The notes under the pieces are model-generated. The model made no database searches and was not told the origin of the DNA. It saw only the letters and a program-made list of their open reading frames with translations. DNA of 42,719 nucleotides, from positions 7,686-50,404 of the forward strand of contig JBBUFE010000001.1 of assembly GCA_038056635.1 (NCBI GenBank), given 5' to 3'. The DNA comes from Patescibacteria group bacterium. Its GTDB lineage: Bacteria > Patescibacteriota > Minisyncoccia > Phycocordibacterales > UBA2100. Position 1 is the first letter of the stretch. Every line of letters starts with the position of its first letter. Below, one piece after another: positions 9,400-18,057 of the stretch. The translations under genes and the position numbers were made by a program.

Positions 9400-10178
9400 C
9401 AAGACTTGGACAGCATTTTTTGAAAACGCCGTGGGCGGCGCGCCCACTCGCGCGCGCGGCATACATTACTGGCGACGACACTGTTCTTGAAATCGGGCCT
9501 GGAAAAGGAGCTCTCACGCGCGAGCTTCTCTCGGTGTCAAAAAAAGTAGTCGCGATTGAAAAAGACGAGGCGCTTGTTGAAAAGTTGCGCGAAAAGTTCG
9601 CGCAAGAAATCTCCACTAACGCACTTACGGTCATTTCCGGCGATATACGCGATATCACGCCAAAAAAACTTGGGCTCGAATCTGGAAAATACATCCTGGC
9701 GGCTAATATTCCGTATTACATAACCGGAGAAATCGTCCGGCAGTTCTTGACAGCCGAAGAACAACCCCGCGCAATGGCGCTTCTTGTTCAAAAAGAGGTA
9801 GCGCAGAGAATCATCAGCAAAAAGGAAAGTCTGTTATCGCTCTCAGTTAAGGTTTATGGCTCCCCGAAAATTGTTGCCAAAGTTCCTCGAGGAAATTTCA
9901 CACCAGCGCCAAATGTTGATTCGGCAATTTTGCTCATAGACAACATTTCTCGGCAATTTTTCGCAGATTTAGATGAAAACTTATTTTTCAAAGTCATTCA
10001 CGCAGGGTTCATGTCCAAAAGAAAATATCTCCTTAACAACCTTGCCACTGTCTTCAAAAAAGAATCGGCCGCTAGCGCATTCGCAATTTGTGAAATAAGT
10101 CTGAAAGCACGCGCCGAGGATGTTCCTCTTGATGCTTGGCGAGCAATCGCCAAGCAGCTTCTAGCTTCTAGTAGCTAG
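9360..10178 (+). CDS. rsmA: 16S rRNA (adenine1518/1519-N6)-dimethyltransferase
   Basis: LGQHFL is followed by the SAM-binding motif EIGPGKGALT and NIPYYIT. The first 14 codons (MRQNRRNAKIGVGA) are encoded by MITE copy A. The C-terminal LLASSS and the stop are encoded by a CTAG heptamer array. Confidence 0.85.
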   Translation: MRQNRRNAKIGVGARLGQHFLKTPWAARPLARAAYITGDDTVLEIGPGKGALTRELLSVSKKVVAIEKDEALVEKLREKFAQEISTNALTVISGDIRDITPKKLGLESGKYILAANIPYYITGEIVRQFLTAEEQPRAMALLVQKEVAQRIISKKESLLSLSVKVYGSPKIVAKVPRGNFTPAPNVDSAILLIDNISRQFFADLDENLFFKVIHAGFMSKRKYLLNNLATVFKKESAASAFAICEISLKARAEDVPLDAWRAIAKQLLASSS

Positions 10179-10240
10179 CTTCTAGGAATATTGTCTTTTG
10201 CTTTTCTAGCAGCTAGAAGCTAGTCCCTAGCAACTATCTT
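10157..10240. repeat. CTAG-heptamer hairpin element (empty form)
   Basis: The left arm is GCTTCTA GCTTCTA GTAGCTA GCTTCTA (10157-10184), followed by a 21-nt spacer/loop. The right arm is CTAGCAG CTAGAAG CTAGTCC CTAGCAA CTATCTT (10206-10240). It covers the stop codons of both convergent genes. Confidence 0.8.
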
Positions 10241-10560
10241 GACGACCCCATCATTGAAATTGAAATACCGGGCAAAACATAAATCGGCACTGGCAGAACG
10301 AGGCAAAAATAGGGGACGCTCGTCAGCCCCAAAAGCCACTGACCACCACTCGTTGGCGGACCGTTCTGATATGTCCGCGTCGCGGGTGTCCAGACATACA
10401 AACCCGCGTTCGGAGGGCCAATCGCAGCCAAAATAGCTACGTTAAAACAAGGAAACACAAAACTGGTCTGCCCGCCGAAAGGTGCGGCATATGCGGAGTT
10501 TGGCACGCTGAAAAGAAGGGCGCCACACAGAACAACGACCGATACGAGACGGTTGGACAT
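10234..10560 (-). CDS. small secreted protein (signal peptide), unknown function
   Basis: The ATG at 10560 gives MSNRLVSVVVLCGALLFSVPNSAYA followed by a mature ~83-aa Gly/Pro-rich hydrophobic protein. It is divergent from the T4SS-like block. Confidence 0.5.
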   Translation of the reverse strand: MSNRLVSVVVLCGALLFSVPNSAYAAPFGGQTSFVFPCFNVAILAAIGPPNAGLYVWTPATRTYQNGPPTSGGQWLLGLTSVPYFCLVLPVPIYVLPGISISMMGSSR

Positions 10561-10725
10561 GTTTTGTATTCTAACACCACATATTGCTGGCACCGGGCAT
10601 GTCAACAATAGTCAACGGCCGTATTGAATCGTTGATATGTTTTGCCCCGCATATGCAATACCTTTCCATGGCTTGTTTAAGAATCATTCTATCTTGTATT
10701 GGAACAGCGCTACGCGCTGTTGCCA

Positions 10726-10760
10726 CTATACGCTATACGCTATACGCTATACGCTATGCC
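10726..10760 (+). repeat. (CTATACG)x4 plus degenerate fifth unit containing the start codon
   Basis: CTATACG occurs at 10726, 10733, 10740 and 10747. CTATGCC at 10754-10760 contains the ATG at 10756. Confidence 0.85.
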
Positions 10761-11712
10761 ATGGCTTCGCGCATATCCTCGGTCGGCTCTAATCGCTCTC
10801 GCGGTGACTCTCATTGTTATTGGCAGTCTTGTTATCGCAAGAAAATCCCCAATGGAAACAAGCCCCTCATATTCAACCGTCTCTGAAGAAAGCGCTTTTG
10901 TTGAATCACCGTTTCCTTATGATACCGCGCCCATAGCAGAGGAGGGTGTCTTGAAGCTCATTCCGCCATCACTTATGCAGTCAGTAGTAAGCAGTCCTCC
11001 CTTTTCATATTCTTCTCCTTTTATTTCTCGGGAGGCCAAACCTGCTCCCAGCGTCGTTCCATCAAACACATCTTCTGCGGAAGTGAAAAAAACTCCCGAA
11101 ATTACAGACGGCGCGAATTTTTGGAACGCATATTCGCTGACACCTCGCGGACTGATAAGCACTTCAATAGCAATAAAAACCCGCACCCCCGAAGAAAAAG
11201 CTCTTTTTGATTACGGCAACGAGCTCGGCTTATATATAGGAGCATTCGAGGACGCCCATCAAAATACGGTTTCTTCTTTTCAGGATTTCTTTTCGGCTCG
11301 GGGCGCTACGCCTTCTGGAGAATTAGGGGGATTAAAGGCGGGATCGCAACCAAAGCCCGCGCCGCCTCCAGCGGACGGAGGCCTTTCCGCTATTGAAAGA
11401 ATCACATCAACGGCAAGAGATTACTCGCGGCTCGGAGATACTATCGCGAACATGAGTTCTGTTCCAAAAGACGCACAACGTCTCCATCTGACCCTCTCCC
11501 AAGGTTACGGCGAGATTGGCGCGGGTCTTTCCGCAATCGTCCAACCGAATGGCGGCGACCTGGTAAAAGCTGTCCTTGCCTACAATGAATCCGCAGATAA
11601 ATTCATCAAAAATTTTGTGTCTCTTGCAGAATTTTTCTCCGCTCGCGGCATCAAATTCTCTTCGAGCGACCCTGGAAATATTTTTTCTTTCAGCGCAACA
11701 GGCGGTCTATAG
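10756..11712 (+). CDS. membrane-anchored protein, unknown function (paralogue of next gene)
   Basis: The ATG at 10756 gives MPWLRAYPRSALIALAVTLIVIGSLVIA (TM anchor). A Ser/Pro-rich linker and a helical C-terminal domain follow. A canonical terminator follows the gene. Confidence 0.6.
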   Translation: MPWLRAYPRSALIALAVTLIVIGSLVIARKSPMETSPSYSTVSEESAFVESPFPYDTAPIAEEGVLKLIPPSLMQSVVSSPPFSYSSPFISREAKPAPSVVPSNTSSAEVKKTPEITDGANFWNAYSLTPRGLISTSIAIKTRTPEEKALFDYGNELGLYIGAFEDAHQNTVSSFQDFFSARGATPSGELGGLKAGSQPKPAPPPADGGLSAIERITSTARDYSRLGDTIANMSSVPKDAQRLHLTLSQGYGEIGAGLSAIVQPNGGDLVKAVLAYNESADKFIKNFVSLAEFFSARGIKFSSSDPGNIFSFSATGGL

Positions 11713-11768
11713 ACTCTGCACGCCAAGTCAAGGGGAGTCCTTGATTTTGTTTTGGCTGAATTTTCTCC

Positions 11769-11805
11769 GCGTCGAAACTGTGGTCAGTTTCGACGCGATT
11801 TTTGC
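11769..11805 (+). terminator. Rho-independent terminator
   Basis: GCGTCGAAACT (11769-11779) pairs with AGTTTCGACGC (11786-11796) around a 6-nt loop. GATTTTTGCTTCTT follows. Confidence 0.8.
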
Positions 11806-11866
11806 TTCTTGGAATACCAAGAAAAAAATCGCCTATTGCCTAAGTGCCCATTGTCTGCTTATTGGA

Positions 11867-11875
11867 TGTTATAAT
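11867..11875 (+). promoter_or_regulatory. extended -10 promoter element (TGtTATAAT)
   Basis: TG at 11867-11868 and TATAAT at 11870-11875 lie 6 nt before the in-frame GTG at 11882. This is consistent with a leaderless transcript. Confidence 0.4.
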
Positions 11876-11881
11876 TTTCGT

Positions 11882-12709
11882 GTGGAAAACCGACGCATCT
11901 ACTCGAGCGGGCTTTCTAGCATTGCCACCACGGCTGTACTTTCCGTTGCGGTTCTCTTATCGGCTCTCGTCTGGCAAGTAACCACGACCATAGACACAAA
12001 AAAGGCATCCTTGCGCGTAGTTTCCGATTATTCTAAGGAGGGGCGGGCTACACCAACGCAAGAAAGTACTTCGGACCAATTGCAAGCAGGGACCGTTGCG
12101 AGCGCAACAAACACAAAACCATATGACTCGAATGACTTGTCGCAAATAGGCGATAACGCCTTCGGAAAACTCATCGGAACGTACGTTGCATTAAAACAAT
12201 CTGGCGCATACACAGCATCTGCAGGCGAGCGCGTCGCACAAGACATTGCTACATCTTTAACCGCGCCCGTAGCGTATGCGCCGATTTTAGAAAGCGACAT
12301 TAAGGCTGACTCTGACACGTCTTATAAACGGATGCTTCAGTACCGGAGTGATATGCGCACTGCATACGAACCGCTTCTGCAAAACAAAGAGCCGGAGTTT
12401 GCTGTTTTCGCCCGATATGTTGAGACTGGCGACAAAAGCAATCTGGCCACGCTATCTCTGTATGCGGAAAGGTACAAGAAGACGGCTACAAACGCGAAAA
12501 ATGCCACCGTGCCGAAAGACACTATTTCCTACCATGTGAGAATTGCGAACTCACTTCTACAGTTCGCGGCGGTACTTGAACAAATGGTCAAGTACGCAGA
12601 TAACTCGATGGCATCTCTCGCGCTTTTGCGTACATACAACAGTGCAGAGCTTGAGGTGCTTACCTCTTTCAACTCCATCGCGACATTTCAGAGAAACAAA
12701 ACGCCATGA
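11882..12709 (+). CDS. membrane-anchored protein, unknown function
   Basis: GTG at 11882 is the first ATG/GTG/TTG start codon after the terminator. The TM anchor is LSSIATTAVLSVAVLLSALVW. The C-terminal helical domain has a TYNSAE...F motif resembling AYNESAD...F in the preceding protein. The stop overlaps the next start (ATGA). Confidence 0.5.
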   Translation: MENRRIYSSGLSSIATTAVLSVAVLLSALVWQVTTTIDTKKASLRVVSDYSKEGRATPTQESTSDQLQAGTVASATNTKPYDSNDLSQIGDNAFGKLIGTYVALKQSGAYTASAGERVAQDIATSLTAPVAYAPILESDIKADSDTSYKRMLQYRSDMRTAYEPLLQNKEPEFAVFARYVETGDKSNLATLSLYAERYKKTATNAKNATVPKDTISYHVRIANSLLQFAAVLEQMVKYADNSMASLALLRTYNSAELEVLTSFNSIATFQRNKTP

Positions 12710-14451
12710 CAGATAAAAGAACACTCAAAAAAAATATCGCGATATGGATTCTTGCTCTTGGAATTTTCGTTTTGGCGCCGTTTTATGCCTTTGCCGAGCA
12801 CGAGCAACAGTGTGTAACTAGCACAGCAGCGGGAGTTTCGACCGATACTTGTTTCCGCAAGCCCCACATCACTATCGAGCCAGCAGGACCACAAAATGTA
12901 ACGATGGAGTCCACCTTTTCCGAACCAAAAGGTTTCAGCCGGCAAGGTATTTTTGGATGCAGTCAAACCGGTTCTTACTCCATGAGCGTCGGAACACTCG
13001 GGGCAATAGGTGGAGCATTCGTCCCGGTGAACGACGCGGCAGTTACTCTAAACACCGGGTACCTGGTTTTCAAAGAATGCGTCCTGCGCCCGGTAATCAA
13101 TCGCCAGAGTGAAAGCGAGACGGCGAGCATTCTAAAACAGACAACCGAAGGTTTTCTCACTGGACGAAACGGACAGCCATTGTTTCCCGTAGACCTGGAG
13201 AAAGACAAGCTGGAACGCAGTGATGCGGTTGTCGAGCGTGCTCTTGCCACAGGCCGTATTGATGCTGTGAGCCCCGCGTTTCGGGACGACGTAAAACGCG
13301 CAATTCAGCGCGACTACAATGTGAAAACAAGAAACTCTAACGACTCCCTCAAGTGTTCGTATGCTGGCTCTCCGGCAAAACTCACTGCCGTATTACGGGG
13401 CAAACAATTTAATGGATTCCTCGATGTGCTTATGCTGGCCGACCCCAACTGCATTCCTCTTTACGCAGCCAAAAACGCGCAAAATCTGGTAATGCGCGAC
13501 GTTGCCACCGAACAAAACGACATGCTGACTCGGCTCGGATGGAACAGCGGCGTGTACGATGTTGAGAAGGTTAATGCCGACGGCACTAGGCAAGTGCTAA
13601 CTCCGGGATTCTTGCTCGCAGACACGATAAAGCAACAGCTCGGTTCCGGCTTCCGTAAGCAGGAAAGCGCCAACGACATAGACCAAATGGTCGGGAACCT
13701 CTTTTCCAGAATCAGCGTTTCTATTTTTGCAAGTTTCGGGGGACTCCAAGGTCTTGTGCAGAAGAACGCAGGCACTCCGTCATACTTGGACCAGGTTGTG
13801 CTTGATTCATCCGAGGGTCTTCGCGATAGCGCAATCAATGCCGCAATTCAGATTCTTGTCGCCGCAAGACAAGTGGGAGCGCAGTATCTGGAAGCGGAGA
13901 ACGGGACTGCCTCGGTTCTTATACGCGCAATAGCACAACTGCGAGGAGCGGAAAACACGTGCTGGAACATCATCGTTCCCAAAGTGAAATCTTACGCCGA
14001 GGCCGGAGCCTGCGCGAAAAATTCTGACGGAGGTCAAACGTGCTCCGGTTCTTTCGCCTTGAAAATCGCGACCTCAACCTCATTCTCGCAGGGCGTGATT
14101 GACTCGCAAATTGCGCCGCTTGCAACCACGACCGCCCTTAAAATCAATGCCACCTCCCAAGCAGTGGCTGCCGTGGATAAATTGATACTGGATGTAACTA
14201 ATTCCAAAGCGCCCAATGTCCAGAGCACGGCGCTTCAGCAATTAGACGCGCTTGTCGCCGGAAAAGCGCTCCCAAGCCAATACGATTTGAAAGCGGCGGA
14301 ACAGCAACTGCAGGATGTAAATAATTCCGTCTCAACCCTCGTAACGGACACCATAAAAGCGTGGGGAGACAGCCCGGACACGAATATCGGCTGGTGCAAT
14401 GTAAATAATGAGAACGTAATACCGATGTGGGCGAACAAATGGAAGATATGA
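12706..14451 (+). CDS. large secreted protein, unknown function (T4SS-like locus)
   Basis: 581 aa with the signal peptide IAIWILALGIFVLAPFYAFA. There are no further TM helices. Both ends have ATGA start/stop overlaps with the neighbouring genes. Confidence 0.65.
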   Translation: MTDKRTLKKNIAIWILALGIFVLAPFYAFAEHEQQCVTSTAAGVSTDTCFRKPHITIEPAGPQNVTMESTFSEPKGFSRQGIFGCSQTGSYSMSVGTLGAIGGAFVPVNDAAVTLNTGYLVFKECVLRPVINRQSESETASILKQTTEGFLTGRNGQPLFPVDLEKDKLERSDAVVERALATGRIDAVSPAFRDDVKRAIQRDYNVKTRNSNDSLKCSYAGSPAKLTAVLRGKQFNGFLDVLMLADPNCIPLYAAKNAQNLVMRDVATEQNDMLTRLGWNSGVYDVEKVNADGTRQVLTPGFLLADTIKQQLGSGFRKQESANDIDQMVGNLFSRISVSIFASFGGLQGLVQKNAGTPSYLDQVVLDSSEGLRDSAINAAIQILVAARQVGAQYLEAENGTASVLIRAIAQLRGAENTCWNIIVPKVKSYAEAGACAKNSDGGQTCSGSFALKIATSTSFSQGVIDSQIAPLATTTALKINATSQAVAAVDKLILDVTNSKAPNVQSTALQQLDALVAGKALPSQYDLKAAEQQLQDVNNSVSTLVTDTIKAWGDSPDTNIGWCNVNNENVIPMWANKWKI

Positions 14452-16910
14452 GTATGAAAACTCCAACACAGGGTCGCTTCGGTATTTTATCCATCCCCTC
14501 AATTAAAAAATTAGCGCCAGGTTTGGTGTTGCTTTCTATTGTCTTGTCGGGGGTTCTTATGCCAGTTTCTTTTTCGGATAAGAATTATGGTCCCGTTGGA
14601 ACAAGGGTTGGTATGTTTACGAAACTTCCCGTGGCGATGGCGGCCGAGGATATCATAAAAAAAGACGGTAAGTGGTACTATGGCGGGAATTATTACGAAA
14701 ATTATACAGACGCAGTAAGCGCACGGGGAGAGAGAGCAAGTTTTGATGGCGGTAACCCTGATATTGGGGGTGCTACATTCCTAGAAGGCCTCTCCCCAGA
14801 ACAAAGATCGGAGCTTGCTGTGGCGCACGACCCAAAACCCATATCATGCTCTGGAGTACTCAACTTCTGGTCAACTCCCCTTTCTTGCCTCTGGCGCTCG
14901 CTCATCGCCGCGGTGAGTTCAATTCTAATTACTGTCGCCGCCTGGGTCCTTGCGGTAGCAGGCATACTCTTTAACTGGTCGGTCGTGAATAGCATCATTC
15001 TTTTTAAGGCCTCGATATTCGAACCAATAAAGGATGCGATAAACGTGGGATGGACCGCATTCCGAGATTTATCAAACATAGCAATAATCGGGATGTTCAC
15101 ATTTATCGCAATCTCAATAATTTTAGGGAACAAGGAGTACGGGAAGAAAAGGCTAATCGCGCGGGTGCTTGTGATAGCAGTCCTTATTAACTTCTCCCTG
15201 CTTTTCACAAAAATTATAATTGATGCCTCTAATTTCACTGCGGCGCAATTCTACGCCGCAACCACCGGCCAAACGATACGAGATGCCCTGGCGACAAGTC
15301 AAACGGCGACCAATGCCTCTACGGGATTAAGCCTGACAAGCGGCGGGTACGCGCAATCCGGAATCGCCGGAGCGTTTGTCGGATTTTTGGGGGTTACAGG
15401 CGCAGGAGATACATTCAATGCTGTGAGGGAAGGCGCCGACAATATGGATAGCGGCTGGATGGCACTCGTGCATGCGATCTTTGCAGCAACCTTTCTATTA
15501 GGCGCGGCGATAGTCCTTCTTTACGGCTCATTCCTCCTGATTTCTCGCGCCGTGCTTCTTATCTTTCTTATGCTTGTATCCGCGCTGGCGTTCGCTTCGC
15601 ACCTTGTCCCAAAACTTTCCGACGGTACCTACGGCTGGAGCGCATGGTGGAAATCGCTTTTGGGGAACGCAGTTCTTGCTCCGATTCTCATGGTTTTTCT
15701 CTGGATTACGCTCCAAATTTCAGCAAAATTAGCGGAGCAAGGAGGCACCCTGGGCAACCTGATATCCGGGAAAGCAAGCGGGGCTGACATAAACTCGCTA
15801 TTCGTCTACCTGATAGTTCTCGGCTTGCTTTTCGCGTCGTTCAAGCTTGCGAGCAAGTTCTCATCAACCATCGGCGGGTTCAATTATGCCCAAATGGCGA
15901 CGGCTCTTCCATTTGCCGCGGCGTCTCGCTTGGCAGCTATGGGATTGCGCAACGCGCCATGGCTCGGCGGCCGCGGAGCCGCAATCCGCTCGATGCAGTT
16001 AGAGGATGAGATTAAGAGGGAAAGGGCAAGTGAGAGGTACCTCGGAGGCGACACAAAGGCGATGGCAGGACTCATGCGCCAAAAGGATAGGGCCGATTGG
16101 CGCGCGAAGAGCACATATGACCCAATGAACACAAGGCTTGCTCAAACATTCGCTAAAAGCCTAGGTCTCTCCGGTATGTTCACGGATAAAACAAAAACCA
16201 ATTTCGCTGAAATCGCCAAGGCTCGCGCCGCTGCGGCGGCAGAAAAGGCAACAATGGCTAGCGCTACAAGAACTGACGCAGAAAAATTGGTTGCAGACCA
16301 GAGAGCCAGTCTGGTCCGCGACCGTGACGCCAAAGATGAAAGCCTTAGACTTCAGAGGCAAACAGCGAAAGAAGCAATCCGAAGTGGGGGTCACGGGGAA
16401 GCCCTTGAAGAGGCCCAAAAAACCATGCAGGAGGCACAAAAGGCAATCGTGGAAGCAAAAAAAGGCCTGGCGAATAATACCGGGAACCGACAAGTTCACA
16501 ACGACACTATCACTGCGGAGACCGAGCGAATTAAAAAAGCCGAGGTTGCTGTAAAGGAGAGTCGGGGTCATATCGATAGAATTATGCAGCCAGTTGTTGG
16601 TGCAGAGAAAAAGCTGGACGAGGCAGAAAAAAAGATTGAAAAGCTCAATGCCCATGTCACGAACATTGTAAACAAATCGGCAGAGGGAGCGGTCGAGGTA
16701 GCTGAAAAACTTGCTCATGGGCGAATTTCTAACCTCTTACCGCGCATGTTCGGCGAGCAACCGGAAAATGACCACACCGCGAAACTGGCGCGCAGGCTCG
16801 CCGAAAAGAGGATTAAGTTTCAAGTGGTCAAGGAGAAACGACTTGCTGAAGACGAAATGTTAGCGGACGCGGGAGTAATAGTGCCGGGAGCACAGCCTAA
16901 AAAACCATAA
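14448..16910 (+). CDS. polytopic membrane protein, VirB6/TrbL-like, with coiled-coil tail
   Basis: About 820 aa with an N-terminal anchor, at least 6 further hydrophobic helices (e.g. GWMALVHAIFAATFLLGAAIVLLYGSFLLI) and a ~250-aa K/E/A-rich C-terminal region. The VirB6-like assignment rests on topology and context only. Confidence 0.55.
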   Translation: MSMKTPTQGRFGILSIPSIKKLAPGLVLLSIVLSGVLMPVSFSDKNYGPVGTRVGMFTKLPVAMAAEDIIKKDGKWYYGGNYYENYTDAVSARGERASFDGGNPDIGGATFLEGLSPEQRSELAVAHDPKPISCSGVLNFWSTPLSCLWRSLIAAVSSILITVAAWVLAVAGILFNWSVVNSIILFKASIFEPIKDAINVGWTAFRDLSNIAIIGMFTFIAISIILGNKEYGKKRLIARVLVIAVLINFSLLFTKIIIDASNFTAAQFYAATTGQTIRDALATSQTATNASTGLSLTSGGYAQSGIAGAFVGFLGVTGAGDTFNAVREGADNMDSGWMALVHAIFAATFLLGAAIVLLYGSFLLISRAVLLIFLMLVSALAFASHLVPKLSDGTYGWSAWWKSLLGNAVLAPILMVFLWITLQISAKLAEQGGTLGNLISGKASGADINSLFVYLIVLGLLFASFKLASKFSSTIGGFNYAQMATALPFAAASRLAAMGLRNAPWLGGRGAAIRSMQLEDEIKRERASERYLGGDTKAMAGLMRQKDRADWRAKSTYDPMNTRLAQTFAKSLGLSGMFTDKTKTNFAEIAKARAAAAAEKATMASATRTDAEKLVADQRASLVRDRDAKDESLRLQRQTAKEAIRSGGHGEALEEAQKTMQEAQKAIVEAKKGLANNTGNRQVHNDTITAETERIKKAEVAVKESRGHIDRIMQPVVGAEKKLDEAEKKIEKLNAHVTNIVNKSAEGAVEVAEKLAHGRISNLLPRMFGEQPENDHTAKLARRLAEKRIKFQVVKEKRLAEDEMLADAGVIVPGAQPKKP

Positions 16911-16911
16911 T

Positions 16912-17568
16912 ATGGCAATCGCTGCAAATGAAGCCGATGTGAACGAACAAGAGCTCGCCAAGCGGCTTGCGGAGCGATTCGTGCAGTTGCCAAAAGTCGT
17001 TCAGAACGCGATTACCTCCGCCGAAATCGAAAAACGGCTGCGCAAACTTGCTGATACGCATAAATTACATCTGGACCAATGGGAACTGCTTGAGAACGAA
17101 GTGCGCCTAACCGTTTACGGCTTCCAACAAACGGAAGATTTGTCTAAAAATATCGAGAATGAAGTCGGAGTCTCCAAGGAAACTGCCGACGCGCTTACAT
17201 CTGATATATCGCAAAATATTTTCGAGCCCATCCGCGAAGAGCTTGAGCGCGAGCTAGAGTCTCCGGACGCAAAAGAGAAAAAGGTTGGCGAGCTTGACGA
17301 GGTCCGCTCGGAAATACTCGGAGATAAGCCGGCAGCCCCTATACGAGATACGAGAGACGAGAGACGAGATACGATTGTCGCTCCCCCCATACCAGATACA
17401 CGATACGCGATACCCGATACTATTCCTGTCCTGCCTTCTACCCCGCCTCCGCCGCCAAGCACCGAAAAATCTATCCGCGCGCCGCTCTCATCTTCGTACA
17501 CATCTCAAGCGCCAAGCCACGAACGCATCGCCACAGAAGGAGACCCGTATCGCGAACCGACGGCTTAG
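16912..17568 (+). CDS. acidic, Pro-rich soluble protein, unknown function
   Basis: 218-aa ORF. Residues encoded by 17341-17424 come from 12 in-phase heptamer units. The stop codon lies in a CTAG array. Confidence 0.45.
   Translation: MAIAANEADVNEQELAKRLAERFVQLPKVVQNAITSAEIEKRLRKLADTHKLHLDQWELLENEVRLTVYGFQQTEDLSKNIENEVGVSKETADALTSDISQNIFEPIREELERELESPDAKEKKVGELDEVRSEILGDKPAAPIRDTRDERRDTIVAPPIPDTRYAIPDTIPVLPSTPPPPPSTEKSIRAPLSSSYTSQAPSHERIATEGDPYREPTA
17341..17424 (+). repeat. 12 in-phase heptamer units inside an ORF
   Basis: The units are ATACGAG ATACGAG AGACGAG AGACGAG ATACGAT TGTCGCT CCCCCCA TACCAGA TACACGA TACGCGA TACCCGA TACTATT. Confidence 0.8.
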
Positions 17569-18055
17569 CTTCTAGCTTCTAGGGACTAGCTTCTAGGTAT
17601 AACCGCGTAACTCATAGCTTCTAGAAAATATGACAGAGATAATCAAGTCGCACAAAGATTTAATAGTTTGGCAAAAGTCCGTACAACTTTCTCTCATAAT
17701 TTACCGCATAACTAGTGATTTCCCTCCGCGAGAAATGTACGCTCTTTCTTCACAAATGCGACGAGCAGCTGTTTCAATTCCGTCCAATATCGCAGAAGGA
17801 AAATCTCGTGGAACAAGAAAAGATTTCGCGCATTTTCTGCACATGTCATATGGTTCCGCTGCTGAACTGGAAACGCAGTTACTAATCGCCAAACAATTGA
17901 ATTTCTGCGAGGATGAGAAATTTAACGAAACGAATTCACTGCTATCCGAAGTGAGCAAGATGTTGCGTGTTATGATAGAGAAACTGGAGACTAGTTAACT
18001 AGCGGCTGCTTTTGTTTTGCCTAGAAGCTAGAAGCTGGTCCCTAGCAGCTAATCC
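17563..18055 (+). mobile_element. inverted-repeat-flanked cassette carrying a four-helix-bundle gene
   Basis: The left arm is GCTTCTA GCTTCTA GGGACTA GCTTCTA (17568-17595). The right arm is CTAGAAG CTAGAAG CTGGTCC CTAGCAG CTAATCC (18021-18055). CTAGGGACTAGCTTCTAG in the left arm pairs at 17 of 18 positions with CTAGAAGCTGGTCCCTAG in the right arm. Confidence 0.45.
17630..17998 (+). CDS. four-helix-bundle protein (23S rRNA intervening-sequence protein / Avd-like family)
   Basis: 122 aa. The pattern DLIVWQKS...L...IY.IT..FP..E.YALSSQMRRAAVSIPSNIAEG...R....F..FL..S.GS..ELETQL is the hallmark of this family. Confidence 0.85.
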   Translation: MTEIIKSHKDLIVWQKSVQLSLIIYRITSDFPPREMYALSSQMRRAAVSIPSNIAEGKSRGTRKDFAHFLHMSYGSAAELETQLLIAKQLNFCEDEKFNETNSLLSEVSKMLRVMIEKLETS

Positions 18056-18057
18056 AT

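Noticed and set aside
11576-11881. Upstream extension (TTG start) of the 377-aa ORF
   Set aside because: It overlaps the end of the preceding gene and runs through a canonical Rho-independent terminator at 11769-11805. The first ATG/GTG/TTG start after the terminator is the GTG at 11882.
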